Source: Escherichia phage IME267
Length of the DNA stretch: 64,000 nucleotides
Direction: 5' to 3' (one strand)
Sequence record: NC_070983.1
Part shown: positions 46,202 to 55,627 of the stretch, one piece after another
How the letters are laid out: the number at the start of each line of letters is the position of its first letter
Position numbering within the stretch: position 1 is the stretch's first letter
Position numbers and translations under genes: made by a program
The notes under the pieces: model-generated
Told to the model about the DNA's origin: nothing
The model's input: the letters and a program-made list of their open reading frames with translations, nothing else
Database searches by the model: none

Positions 46202-46264
46202 ACTCATATCCTTATAAAGAAGTTCGCCCCACCTCTTAAACAAAGAGACAGGGCGGAGGTTTGA

Positions 46265-46831
46265 TTAGTAAGACACATCACCACTGGAGTGGGACATGTT
46301 GCTCTTGACGAAGTAACAGAACTTGCCAAGACCTTCATTAATTTCTTGAAGCATACTCTGGTCCACTGGATAGGTGCACAAGTCTGAATCAAACTCATCC
46401 ATCTTCTCAATGATACACATAAGAGTCATGCACACGTCGGAAAGCATACCATCCATGTCGAGATCAGCGTTACCTTCTCGGAACCAAGCACGACCTAAAT
46501 AATTACTAGCAGTAGCATCCACTTTAACACAATGAAAGCGCATACGCTCTGCTATTCGGTCGCCTGCCTCACGAGCATAATCTTCTAGTTCATCGAACAT
46601 ACCATGAACACCTTGGAAACCGGCTCCAGAGACGTTCCAGTGGTAGTTCTTTGCTTTGATGTGTAGAAGTTCAAGGTTAGCCTGCACACCGCAAAGAATG
46701 TGCTCTAGGCTGTTACTGCTAATCAGTTTATTCATTCCCTCAAGACGAGAGATAGAAGAGTCAGCAGTAGAGAATGGGTTGCTAGAACCCACTCGTGTTA
46801 GTTCTGGTAAGTCGAAGACATTATTATGCAT
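46265..46831 (-). CDS. Dps or ferritin-like protein
   Basis: LLHIKAKNYHWNVSGAGFQGVHGMFDELEDYAREAGDRIAERM matches the Dps ferroxidase-site helix pattern. Confidence 0.6.
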   Translation of the reverse strand: MHNNVFDLPELTRVGSSNPFSTADSSISRLEGMNKLISSNSLEHILCGVQANLELLHIKAKNYHWNVSGAGFQGVHGMFDELEDYAREAGDRIAERMRFHCVKVDATASNYLGRAWFREGNADLDMDGMLSDVCMTLMCIIEKMDEFDSDLCTYPVDQSMLQEINEGLGKFCYFVKSNMSHSSGDVSY

Positions 46832-47171
46832 TAGGTGCATCCCCTTCTAAGTTAGTTGAATTAGCTACGTTACGAGCAATGTTGTCCATGACCTGCTGGG
46901 TAATAACAATGCAATTCTGTGGGTCTACAGACTTAGAACGCCCCATTTCAGGGTCATAGACTTTGACTCGCTTGGCTGTTGAGCCAGTAACTTGCAACAC
47001 TTTGAGAAGATAACCTTGGTTTCCAATAGACCATGCAACAACATCACGATTCTTGATATAACGACCAAGCATATCACGATGATAGAACTGCTGCATAACT
47101 TTAGCTTTGCTAATCTCTTCAGATGGCGGGGCCACTTTACTCAAATCTAACATAACTCTCTCCTGTTTCAT
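46824..47171 (-). CDS. Hypothetical protein
   Basis: 115 aa ORF. Confidence 0.45.
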   Translation of the reverse strand: MKQERVMLDLSKVAPPSEEISKAKVMQQFYHRDMLGRYIKNRDVVAWSIGNQGYLLKVLQVTGSTAKRVKVYDPEMGRSKSVDPQNCIVITQQVMDNIARNVANSTNLEGDAPNA

Positions 47172-47223
47172 ACAATATTCTTATACTGTATATACATTTG
47201 AGAGTTATCATATCTACTACCAA

Positions 47224-47439
47224 CTAGTAATAAACTTTGCTGGATATGAATCCAGCACTGTTATGGATATTTTCAATCCAACGATGAATCTCCACCTTTT
47301 CAGCGATTCCTAAAGCTTTTGTAGCTTTTATAGTTTTCTTAGCAAGACGAGCCTCTTGTCTTGTGTTGAATAATTGAATACAATCACCACCAAGAGCTTT
47401 GTTAGCCCATTTAGTACGAACTGCCCACAATTTATCCAT
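47224..47439 (-). CDS. Small basic protein, paralog family member 2 of 3
   Basis: MDKLWAVRTKW...TRQEARLAKK...KVYY, colinear with the other two members. Confidence 0.45.
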   Translation of the reverse strand: MDKLWAVRTKWANKALGGDCIQLFNTRQEARLAKKTIKATKALGIAEKVEIHRWIENIHNSAGFISSKVYY

Positions 47440-47651
47440 TAGTAATGTACCTTTCCACTGATATAGAAACGACCTGATTTAAAGTCCTGAGCTTTATGAA
47501 TAGTGATCTTGTCGATGGTGCTTTCACAGCTTAATAGGAACTTCTTATGAGCGCGAGCTTCTTGACGGGTGTTTCTAATACCCATTGACTCTGTACCACT
47601 GCTCCAGTGAATACGAACTACCCAACGTCTTTTCATTGTTCCAAACTCCAT
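47439..47651 (-). CDS. Small basic protein, paralog family member 3 of 3
   Basis: ...RRWVVRIHW...TRQEARAHKK...KVHY; stop overlaps the next start. Confidence 0.45.
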   Translation of the reverse strand: MEFGTMKRRWVVRIHWSSGTESMGIRNTRQEARAHKKFLLSCESTIDKITIHKAQDFKSGRFYISGKVHY

Positions 47652-47842
47652 TATCTGTCAACCGATTTAGGGACAAACTGCATTACACAGACCTGACTAC
47701 GAGGGAGATTTATTTCACAAGCGGCTCTTCTCGTCTCAATCTTAACGCTAGAATCTGGACCAACGTTAGATATAAATACTCCCATAGCAAATGCCCCAAC
47801 TACAAAACCAATAGCTAAGTAAGTAGCTTTTTCCTCTTTCAT
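47651..47842 (-). CDS. Small membrane protein
   Basis: 63 aa with one N-terminal hydrophobic helix. Confidence 0.35.
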   Translation of the reverse strand: MKEEKATYLAIGFVVGAFAMGVFISNVGPDSSVKIETRRAACEINLPRSQVCVMQFVPKSVDR

Positions 47843-47847
47843 CTTGG

Positions 47848-48381
47848 TTATACACCCTTAGATGCAACTACACCATTACTGCCGTTGTATCGACCCTTCA
47901 CTGCATAAGAGTCATCACCAGCGTGAGAGTGTTCGAACATAACCATTTGACCAACACGCATCCCAGCACGAACTCGTAAGCTATGATTATGGGTAACGTT
48001 ATGAAATTCAAAGGTTAGTTTACTGCTGTTAAACCCTGCATCAGCCCAACCAGCATGGAGGTGGTTTAAACCACAACGAGCCATTGAGGAGCGAAGTACA
48101 AACAGGCTTGAGATGTTATCTGGAAGGTTAAACTCTTCCATTGAGTGCGCTAAGAAGAATTGCCCCGGAGTGATAACAATACCATCTTCAGGGATTTTTA
48201 CTTCTTTCCACTTGAGGTTTTCTTTAGCATCAATGTCAACAATTCCGTCAGCCTGTTCTTCAACAAGGATAGTATCACCAATACGGATATCCACGCTAGC
48301 AGCGTTAACATATTTATGCTCCGCATCTAAAAAGCCATTATCAATAACGCTGTGTAATTCTTGAGAACCTAAAAGACTCAT
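47848..48381 (-). CDS. dcd: dCTP deaminase
   Basis: LRSSMARCGLNHLHAGWADAGF matches the dCTP deaminase signature; AAGGAG RBS. Confidence 0.75.
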   Translation of the reverse strand: MSLLGSQELHSVIDNGFLDAEHKYVNAASVDIRIGDTILVEEQADGIVDIDAKENLKWKEVKIPEDGIVITPGQFFLAHSMEEFNLPDNISSLFVLRSSMARCGLNHLHAGWADAGFNSSKLTFEFHNVTHNHSLRVRAGMRVGQMVMFEHSHAGDDSYAVKGRYNGSNGVVASKGV

Positions 48382-49814
48382 GAGTTTCTGTCTCCTTGTA
48401 CAGATGATGCCAAATTATTAATCATGTTACGAGCTGTTTCACGAGATAATGTAACACCTGCTAAGTTGTTATGAAGCTCACCAGATAGCTCACGAGCAGC
48501 AGCTCGAAGTTCTGTACCAAGTGTAGTATCGGAGTGAGCCAAACCATTACGACGACTATAAGGTCGAGGAGCTTCGTTAGCGTCATTAGCCAATGATGCA
48601 AAACCAATATGAGCAGCTTCACGAGCCGCTATAGTTGACACTCGATCTTCCGTAGGGGTTGGCAAATCACCAACTTCTACACGTTCTATATCACCAGCAC
48701 GTAGACCCTGAACGACTGAGCTTACTGTTTCCCATGAACGACGAGAACGCTGTAAATCACCCATTGACGGAGAAGGAATAGGACGAGCAGTTCCTCCTTG
48801 GACATGCCATGTACGAGTATCCATTCCAGAAGAGCGTGCACTACCAAAACTGCCAGTGAAAGTGTCACGAGGTGCCATTGTAGGAGGAACTGCGAATCTT
48901 TCCTGTTGCCAAGAATCGCGTCTGTTAGTTCCCGGAGTCCAAGGCTGCGTGATTGCTTCAGCACCTATAGTGGTTAATCCGCTAGACCATTCTGTCTGTA
49001 GGTTAACTTCCTCGTCCAGATAACTACGACCCCTTTCCTGAGGAATGTTTAATATAGTTTCCATCATCTTCAGGGTATAATGACGACGCTGATTCTGATA
49101 TAAATTTACACCAGCCATAGGTCCAACTAAATCACTAATCAGGTGAACTTCTGGCTCACCGAAAGCTCCCATTGCAAGGTGCATATATTCGATAGAACTG
49201 CTATAAACTGCAACAGTTGCTTCAGGCCACTTTTTGTGAACATACTTCATTTCACGACTAGATACCACAGGAATGTCACGAGTGTATGACATTGCAAACA
49301 AACCTTCGTTTGACACATACATGTCATCAAGAGACATGAACCCCTGACAGATCATAGGAAAGCGACGGCTTAAAGTATCCATATCCAAAGGTAGATTAAT
49401 CATCATCTGGATTTTAACTTGATCAATCTCAATTTCCAGAATCTCTTGGAAAGTGAAAAGTGATTCAGTATAGGTTGTTCCACTGATAGGCTGAACTAGT
49501 CGAGATGTGACTTGAAGTCCTTTACTCTCTGTCCAAGACAAGAAGTTGTCAAGGAACAGTGCAGCATTACTTACGTTAGCAGGGCTGTTTTCCTGACGAG
49601 TGTTCCAACGAAACCCTCCTTGAACTAGGAAGATATCAACATCATTCGGAGTTCTATTTTGAAAGAACGTATCACGGATAGCACCACCTGCAATAACAGG
49701 GTAGATACCATCAGGAACTACGTTATCTCTGATCAGGTTACGAATCAGGTCAAGCCCTACACTGAGGGCTTCTCCTTCTTGAAGGTTTAATTCAGACAAT
49801 GGAATCTTAATCAT
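48378..49814 (-). CDS. Nucleotidyltransferase with CCA-adding/poly(A) polymerase-type head domain and low-complexity Ser/Arg/Thr-rich C-terminal half
   Basis: AGGAIRDTFFQNRTPNDVDIF fits the GGxxRD...DxD Pol-beta superfamily motif; ATG 49814 (track TTG 49829). Confidence 0.55.
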   Translation of the reverse strand: MIKIPLSELNLQEGEALSVGLDLIRNLIRDNVVPDGIYPVIAGGAIRDTFFQNRTPNDVDIFLVQGGFRWNTRQENSPANVSNAALFLDNFLSWTESKGLQVTSRLVQPISGTTYTESLFTFQEILEIEIDQVKIQMMINLPLDMDTLSRRFPMICQGFMSLDDMYVSNEGLFAMSYTRDIPVVSSREMKYVHKKWPEATVAVYSSSIEYMHLAMGAFGEPEVHLISDLVGPMAGVNLYQNQRRHYTLKMMETILNIPQERGRSYLDEEVNLQTEWSSGLTTIGAEAITQPWTPGTNRRDSWQQERFAVPPTMAPRDTFTGSFGSARSSGMDTRTWHVQGGTARPIPSPSMGDLQRSRRSWETVSSVVQGLRAGDIERVEVGDLPTPTEDRVSTIAAREAAHIGFASLANDANEAPRPYSRRNGLAHSDTTLGTELRAAARELSGELHNNLAGVTLSRETARNMINNLASSVQGDRNS

Positions 49815-49816
49815 TT

Positions 49817-50365
49817 CTACATTTTCCAATTTAGAGATGGGGGATTCTTATAATCAAATCCAGCCATTTGACAAAGACACATGTAAACTTTAACTGTCAA
49901 GTTAACGTCTTGCTCACAATAGGTGAACATGTCTTCAGTGAATGCGTCCCATGCCTCCTCCTGTTCTCCATAATCTCCTTTCAGCTCCCCAAGAAACTCG
50001 CCCCATTGTTTGAGGCCGTGACCACGAGGGCCATGTCTAGGGTCGCCTTTGGGGTATTCTGGACTATCACCAATACGGTCAGGCTTGAGATATCTACTCA
50101 GGCACAAAGTATCGAAGACGTTAAAGCGAAAAGGTATCACATGAGAATAAAACTTAAACAAAGCAGGAAGGTCAAAATCAATAATATTGTGACCTATTAC
50201 TACATCAGCTTCTTTCAGTTTGTGTAGTGCTTCTTCAATTTGGTGAGGGCGATACCCCCACCGCTCTCCAGATAATACATCAAATATCCAGATACACCAG
50301 ACATTCTGAATACCATCATAGAGATTATCCCCCTCGATATCAAACGCATACAGTTTCTTTACCAC
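49817..50365 (-). CDS. Stand-alone DnaQ-like 3'-5' exonuclease
   Basis: Exo I FDIEGD and Exo [11 protein letters not shown] motifs; GTG start with GGGGAGG upstream, overlapping the primase stop. Confidence 0.7.
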   Translation of the reverse strand: MVKKLYAFDIEGDNLYDGIQNVWCIWIFDVLSGERWGYRPHQIEEALHKLKEADVVIGHNIIDFDLPALFKFYSHVIPFRFNVFDTLCLSRYLKPDRIGDSPEYPKGDPRHGPRGHGLKQWGEFLGELKGDYGEQEEAWDAFTEDMFTYCEQDVNLTVKVYMCLCQMAGFDYKNPPSLNWKM

Positions 50366-52149
50366 GGACGTGCCTCCCCTTCTTGTGCAAGTAAGGAAGC
50401 TGCATCCTCTCCATTGGTAACGGTAAAAGGATGCTCTTCATCAACTTCATGATCTTCTCGTTCTACAAGACGACCTGTTTCATTGATGTATTTGGTATAG
50501 CAAACCCCTGTCTGTCCATAGTTACGCTCTTTGAGCAGTCGTATGATTGACAAGTTTTTACCTAACCCATCCGCTTGTTTGTTACGTTCAAAACCAATAA
50601 TACACTGACACCAGCGCATCAATGAACGTGAACCAGTAAACTGTACTTCTTTAACCTGACCACCTTCTTCGTGGGGTGCACCACCTGCCGGAGCGTTCAA
50701 GTGAGATAATACAAAAGCAGTGAAGTCTAATTCCTTACACATACCAGCAAGCTCTGAAGCAATCTTGCTGATTTCTGTGTTTACCTCAGATGGGGTTAAG
50801 TGAGATACCAATGCAGTGATGTTATCAAGAATGATAAATTTACACTGATTCTCAACTACCCAAAAGCGAATACACTGCTTAATGTCTTCCCACTCGTTCT
50901 GCCCAAAGTTGTCATACAAGAAAAACTTATCAGCGTATCGAAGTGCTTCATCTCGTAGCTGGCTTTCTTCGTACTCAACATCCGGTCGGTGGAATGGAAT
51001 AGATGCAGATTTACCTGCAATGTTCTTAACAGACATGCCTACCTTCTCTTCCAAGAAGAAGCCACCACCATTAAAACCATGCTCAAGGCAAAGCCATGCT
51101 ACTAGTTCGTGTGCGATTAAGGTTTTACCTGAACCAACACCACCGCCGATTGCAACCATCTCTCCCCAACGAATACCAAAGGTCATGTCGTTAAGAGTTT
51201 TCCACGGATAAGGAATACCCCATTCCGCTTTCTTCAGAGCATCTTCGAGGCAATCAAAAACTGTAACAGCTCCAGCAGGAGATTCCCGCTTAGCTGAATA
51301 TTTCAGATTGTTGAAAAGCTCTTGACCTCTCCCTGCAAGTAACATGTCGTTTGCATCTTTGATTTCCTTTTCTTGTCCGTTATAAGTGAACGTACCTTTT
51401 GGAATCCTTGCAAACTTAACATGCGGGTACAGAGAACGACCCTTAGTTAAAGCAATCTCACCTGCATCATCATTGTCCATGCAGAGTACAATCTCCTCGA
51501 AACCATTAATAAAATCACGGTTTCTTGATAATACAGAAGAGATTGAACCTGCACCGAACGGAAGAGAGACGCAAGCAGGTTTGATGTTAGTTGCGTTTGT
51601 AAACGCGGTAAGTACGTGGAACCCAGACATACAAGAGAGAGGATCTTCAAAGATGAAGAGTTTCTTGTTGTATACGTCACCACGTTGTGCTTGAGCCATA
51701 CCAAACAAGTCGGCTTCTTTCACATTACCTACATAATAGAACTTCTTGCTGTCTAGAAGTTTTACTTCATATCCAACAATGTTCCCATCACGTTCACGAG
51801 GGAAGAAGTAGCTGTCAGGAGTTTGACCATCTGTTTGGCTTAAACCGATACGGCATCCATAACGTTCAGATACAGCTTTAGGAATTAAGCGACGAGTCAA
51901 CTCTCCCTGAGGAAGCTCTAAGCAATCGTCTAGGACTTCTCGGAGTTCTTCAGGGGACAGCTCTTTCTTTTCATTAGGAGTGGGCGTCGTTCCTTTCTCG
52001 AAGATTTCATACGCACCACATCTGTTACATGAACCCCACTCCTCACCGGACTCTTCATTTCGGAAGAGAATCATGTGATTGCGGGTCTTATCACGACCAT
52101 GAGAGATACACTCTTTACAGCCAGTGTCTCCCAAAATGATCTTTGACAT
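50359..52149 (-). CDS. Primase-helicase (T7 gp4-like)
   Basis: N-terminal Cys4 zinc ribbon, TOPRIM-like region, C-terminal Walker [10 protein letters not shown]; AAGGAGG RBS. Confidence 0.85.
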   Translation of the reverse strand: MSKIILGDTGCKECISHGRDKTRNHMILFRNEESGEEWGSCNRCGAYEIFEKGTTPTPNEKKELSPEELREVLDDCLELPQGELTRRLIPKAVSERYGCRIGLSQTDGQTPDSYFFPRERDGNIVGYEVKLLDSKKFYYVGNVKEADLFGMAQAQRGDVYNKKLFIFEDPLSCMSGFHVLTAFTNATNIKPACVSLPFGAGSISSVLSRNRDFINGFEEIVLCMDNDDAGEIALTKGRSLYPHVKFARIPKGTFTYNGQEKEIKDANDMLLAGRGQELFNNLKYSAKRESPAGAVTVFDCLEDALKKAEWGIPYPWKTLNDMTFGIRWGEMVAIGGGVGSGKTLIAHELVAWLCLEHGFNGGGFFLEEKVGMSVKNIAGKSASIPFHRPDVEYEESQLRDEALRYADKFFLYDNFGQNEWEDIKQCIRFWVVENQCKFIILDNITALVSHLTPSEVNTEISKIASELAGMCKELDFTAFVLSHLNAPAGGAPHEEGGQVKEVQFTGSRSLMRWCQCIIGFERNKQADGLGKNLSIIRLLKERNYGQTGVCYTKYINETGRLVEREDHEVDEEHPFTVTNGEDAASLLAQEGEARPW

Positions 52150-52184
52150 GCTCTATCCTCCTTGGAATTCCTTGAGCAATCTTC

Positions 52185-52391
52185 TTAGTAAAACGATCGT
52201 ATTTCTTCCCACACATCATCTTGCAAGTTTCTAAAACCCTGCAAGGTTTGCTTTGTTCTGTGAATAAATTCTTCAGAGTGCTTATCAGGTGTGAGCATAC
52301 TGACAAACTTTTCATAGCGATTAATCTTCCACCGCATCTTCAAGTAGTCAGATTCCAGCTTTCTTAACTTCTGCCTGTCAGTTACTGTCAT
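52185..52391 (-). CDS. Small hypothetical protein (start uncertain)
   Basis: Internal ATG 52391 minimises overlap with the upstream gene; track start 52487. Confidence 0.3.
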   Translation of the reverse strand: MTVTDRQKLRKLESDYLKMRWKINRYEKFVSMLTPDKHSEEFIHRTKQTLQGFRNLQDDVWEEIRSFY

Positions 52392-52809
52392 CCTTCTCAC
52401 CTGCCAGATATGCTGTCCAGTCACCAGATTCAACCAGAACATCTTGTTCTTCGTCGATGTGATAAATCCACGCTTCCACAGTTTCACCGCTGTCTAATAA
52501 TACTGGAATCAGTGTACGCTTGTAAAAGGTGTATGGGTTATCATTACCACGATGACCTTCCAGACCGTCATATGGACCTTCCAGACCAGCTTGGGTTGTT
52601 TCAAAGACTTCTACACGAACAGGCTTACCATTGCTGTCATGCTCCAAAGATACACTTGGGAAGTATGCTGTGCAATACTGATACAGGTTACAGTTGTTTA
52701 CTGTCCACCCTTCACCAATAGACACACCACCTGCACGAGCATTGATAGCGTGGTTGTGTTGACCTTTACGAAGAGAACCATACGTTGCAACTAATACTTT
52801 ATCAGACAT
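52378..52809 (-). CDS. Gamma-glutamyl cyclotransferase-like (AIG2/GGCT fold) protein
   Basis: N-terminal VATYGSLRKGQHNH matches the YGS/TLxxG signature of the family. Confidence 0.6.
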   Translation of the reverse strand: MSDKVLVATYGSLRKGQHNHAINARAGGVSIGEGWTVNNCNLYQYCTAYFPSVSLEHDSNGKPVRVEVFETTQAGLEGPYDGLEGHRGNDNPYTFYKRTLIPVLLDSGETVEAWIYHIDEEQDVLVESGDWTAYLAGEKDDSN

Positions 52810-52813
52810 TACA

Positions 52814-53011
52814 TTACCTTTTGTTTAAAATTTCTTTTGTACAAGAAGTCCCGTTACACACGAGAACTGTTTGAGTTATAGAATCGACAACTGTTACATG
52901 GCTGCCGCATTGAGTTATGATTTGACCTCTCCCTGAATCTTTAGAGATGCATTCATCAGCGGCGATCGCTGACACACTGAATAAGGAGAGTAAAAATAGA
53001 ATCTTTTTCAT
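52814..53011 (-). CDS. Small secreted Cys-containing protein
   Basis: Signal peptide MKKILFLLSLFSVSAIA followed by 4 Cys in 45 residues. Confidence 0.4.
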   Translation of the reverse strand: MKKILFLLSLFSVSAIAADECISKDSGRGQIITQCGSHVTVVDSITQTVLVCNGTSCTKEILNKR

Positions 53012-53017
53012 GGCTGC

Positions 53018-53434
53018 TTACCAATCATGTTGGAAACCAGAATATCCAGAGAAGATGATTGATCGGATTGGCTTTTCAGGGAATTCTTCAAAACATCCCT
53101 TAATGGCTTTCTTGGTTTCATCAGAAATTGACTCTTTTTCACCAAACCAATATTCTTCAAAAATATCAGAGAAGATATAAGTTCGGTATCTTTCCAAGTC
53201 ATAAAAACCTTCCACTGCACTTGTAACAGCTCTACTAATTACACTTGAAGCTACAGGAAATAAGTCACCGTGTTCCAGAAACAAGCACCAACGATCAAAG
53301 AGAGGAATCTCTTCATCTTTCAGAAGACTTTCTAACTCTTCCTTTGCCTCTTTCTTGTGCTTCTCAAAGAGGTTTTTGGAATACTCTACATCTAAGATAC
53401 GACTTTTAAACATATCCAGTTTATTATTAACCAT
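53018..53434 (-). CDS. Hypothetical protein
   Basis: 138 aa ORF. Confidence 0.45.
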   Translation of the reverse strand: MVNNKLDMFKSRILDVEYSKNLFEKHKKEAKEELESLLKDEEIPLFDRWCLFLEHGDLFPVASSVISRAVTSAVEGFYDLERYRTYIFSDIFEEYWFGEKESISDETKKAIKGCFEEFPEKPIRSIIFSGYSGFQHDW

Positions 53435-53491
53435 TTTACAACCTCTAGTTAAATTCGAACTAGCCTCCTCTTTCGAAGAGGCTAAAGCAAA

Positions 53492-53677
53492 TTATTCTAC
53501 TTCGAAGTGTTTGATCACACCAGTCAGTACATCAGATTGGAATGTACCAACTAGCTCTGTACCTCGGAAGAAGTTAACACTTGTTCCAAGTGATTCAAAG
53601 CGATCTGCTTGAATGTCCAGAGATTGAATATTTCCTTCTGCTGACATTGTACGAAACATGATTGTGTATTTATTCAC
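53492..53677 (-). CDS. Small hypothetical protein
   Basis: 61 aa, ATGA overlap with the upstream gene. Confidence 0.35.
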   Translation of the reverse strand: MNKYTIMFRTMSAEGNIQSLDIQADRFESLGTSVNFFRGTELVGTFQSDVLTGVIKHFEVE

Positions 53678-53916
53678 AGACTTGTTACTCCCTTATCTGC
53701 TTGTGCAATTGCGATGATACGCTCAGCACATTCCATTGAATATTTATCACCTCGTTTGAGGAAGGTGATGATTGCAGAGAACTGATTACCAATCACTCTC
53801 TTATTTGTGATACCAAACTCTTCACAGAGTTGGTTGATAGCTTTACGAGAGCCTACAATCAGAGGCTCTTTTTCTTCGGTCATTCCACGGCTGATCAAAT
53901 CTTCGATAGACAACAT
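53674..53916 (-). CDS. Small hypothetical protein
   Basis: 80 aa ORF. Confidence 0.4.
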   Translation of the reverse strand: MLSIEDLISRGMTEEKEPLIVGSRKAINQLCEEFGITNKRVIGNQFSAIITFLKRGDKYSMECAERIIAIAQADKGVTSL

Positions 53917-53942
53917 TACAAATTCCTTTTTGTTTAATTTAA

Positions 53943-55178
53943 TTACAGAGTTACTGCTACTTCGCTACCTTCAACATTGACAGACTCTAACTTGCGAGGG
54001 TTATGAATCTGGACTGGATTGACCGGAACGTTCCAACCACTGCGGTAGAAGTTACGACCATCACAGAACAGGATGACATTGGCAGACATTGCATTCGGTT
54101 GCAGGTTGTTGTGGACATGACGGATATTTGCAATCCAGTAGCCACGAGACAAAGTGTAGCCAGTAGGTGCATTACGAATAGTTTGAGTATTCATCTGACC
54201 TTCCAGTTGCATTTCTTCAGGAACCACATCAACTGAATCAATCGGCTGTGCTACTTGTCCTTCCAGTGCAAAGTTTTCATCATCAGCACTTTCAATATCA
54301 TCCACCAACTCACCGTCTCCATCTTCAATCGGAGTCTGGTAAACCACTTTATACTGAGGAGTATAGAGAGGGTTCTGAGCTTTAACAAACTCAAGAATGT
54401 TATGACGGTAGGTATCCAGAGTTGTACCAGTCAGGCCCGGTGCTGTATTAACTTCCAGTACCCACGCTTCTTGACCTTTGGTGATAATATCAACTGCACC
54501 GAAATCCAGACCTATTGATTCAACAGCTTTCACTGCATTGATCAGAGAGGCGTCATTCGGAGCATCTGTGAAGGAGCTTGAGTAAACCCAGCCAGTGTGG
54601 TGATTACGAATATCTTCACGATAGTTAGGGTCTTCGCGATAACCATTGCGACGAATCTTCTTCTGAACATAGGTGATTACACCTTTGAACACATGGACAC
54701 GCCACTCACGACGTGGGCCTTGAATGCCTTTAGTGTACAGTTCAGCTCGACCAAGACCATCACCCGGTTCTACAACAACAATGCCCGAACCAGAGTGACC
54801 AGTCAGCTCATGGCGCTCATACACAATATTACCAGTGTTTGACCACTCTTGAGCAGTCTCTTGAACATCTGTGTATTCCACAGTTTTAACACCTGCTTGG
54901 TCCATCACGCTGAAAGCACGACGTTTGTTCGCTGCCATATGTAAGGCTGCGGTACGGTTAAGGACGGTTGCAGAACCAAAGAATGATTCAGGATAGCGAC
55001 GGTTCCCGTAGTTAACAACCACATCACCTTCACGAGAACGCCAGCGGCTATTCTCTGAAAGAAGACCCATCACGTTAGCATTGATTCGTTCATCACGGAT
55101 AGTATCACTGATAGCAGATACTAGAGCGTTAACAGAATCAGACGGGCCATACGGAAGAACACGGATACGAGTAGTCAT
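53943..55178 (-). CDS. ATP-grasp ligase (RimK-like) with C-terminal extension
   Basis: GAVDIITKGQEAWVLEVNTAPGLTG matches the ATP-grasp C-terminal motif (D...E.N..PG). Confidence 0.65.
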   Translation of the reverse strand: MTTRIRVLPYGPSDSVNALVSAISDTIRDERINANVMGLLSENSRWRSREGDVVVNYGNRRYPESFFGSATVLNRTAALHMAANKRRAFSVMDQAGVKTVEYTDVQETAQEWSNTGNIVYERHELTGHSGSGIVVVEPGDGLGRAELYTKGIQGPRREWRVHVFKGVITYVQKKIRRNGYREDPNYREDIRNHHTGWVYSSSFTDAPNDASLINAVKAVESIGLDFGAVDIITKGQEAWVLEVNTAPGLTGTTLDTYRHNILEFVKAQNPLYTPQYKVVYQTPIEDGDGELVDDIESADDENFALEGQVAQPIDSVDVVPEEMQLEGQMNTQTIRNAPTGYTLSRGYWIANIRHVHNNLQPNAMSANVILFCDGRNFYRSGWNVPVNPVQIHNPRKLESVNVEGSEVAVTL

Positions 55179-55180
55179 TT

Positions 55181-55402
55181 TTAGATACCTTTTAGTTTAA
55201 GAATTTCGTTACGACAGGATTGAATTTTAGCTTCGATTGCCCAATACTCAGCGAACATTTCGTCTTCTTGGGCATCGCTTGGAGAGTCGATTAAGTTAAA
55301 AGCAAACGGATACAGCTTTCGCTGCTCCGTTACCAGTTGTTGAAGTCGGAGTTGTTGATACTCCAGCATTGTCAGGTGAGGCTTAGCTCCCTTGCTTGAC
55401 AT
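55181..55402 (-). CDS. Small hypothetical protein
   Basis: Track start 55411 is TTG; ATG at 55402. Confidence 0.4.
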   Translation of the reverse strand: MSSKGAKPHLTMLEYQQLRLQQLVTEQRKLYPFAFNLIDSPSDAQEDEMFAEYWAIEAKIQSCRNEILKLKGI

Positions 55403-55616
55403 GAGGCTCAACTTTAATCCCCTTCATTTTAACATAGTCAGCCAACACGTTATTGATAACGGTTGGAAAAGGGATTTCTACTGGAGAGTCAACCAGCTTC
55501 CCAATACCTTCTTGCATCCACTTCTGGATTGCTCGGAGGTTATCACATCCTGTGCTTGTCATCGGAATACGGCGGGTAGTTACCACGTTATCCAACATCA
55601 GTTTACGAACTTCCAT
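55383..55616 (-). CDS. Small hypothetical protein
   Basis: 77 aa ORF. Confidence 0.35.
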   Translation of the reverse strand: MEVRKLMLDNVVTTRRIPMTSTGCDNLRAIQKWMQEGIGKLVDSPVEIPFPTVINNVLADYVKMKGIKVEPHVKQGS

Positions 55617-55627
55617 AACTATACCTC

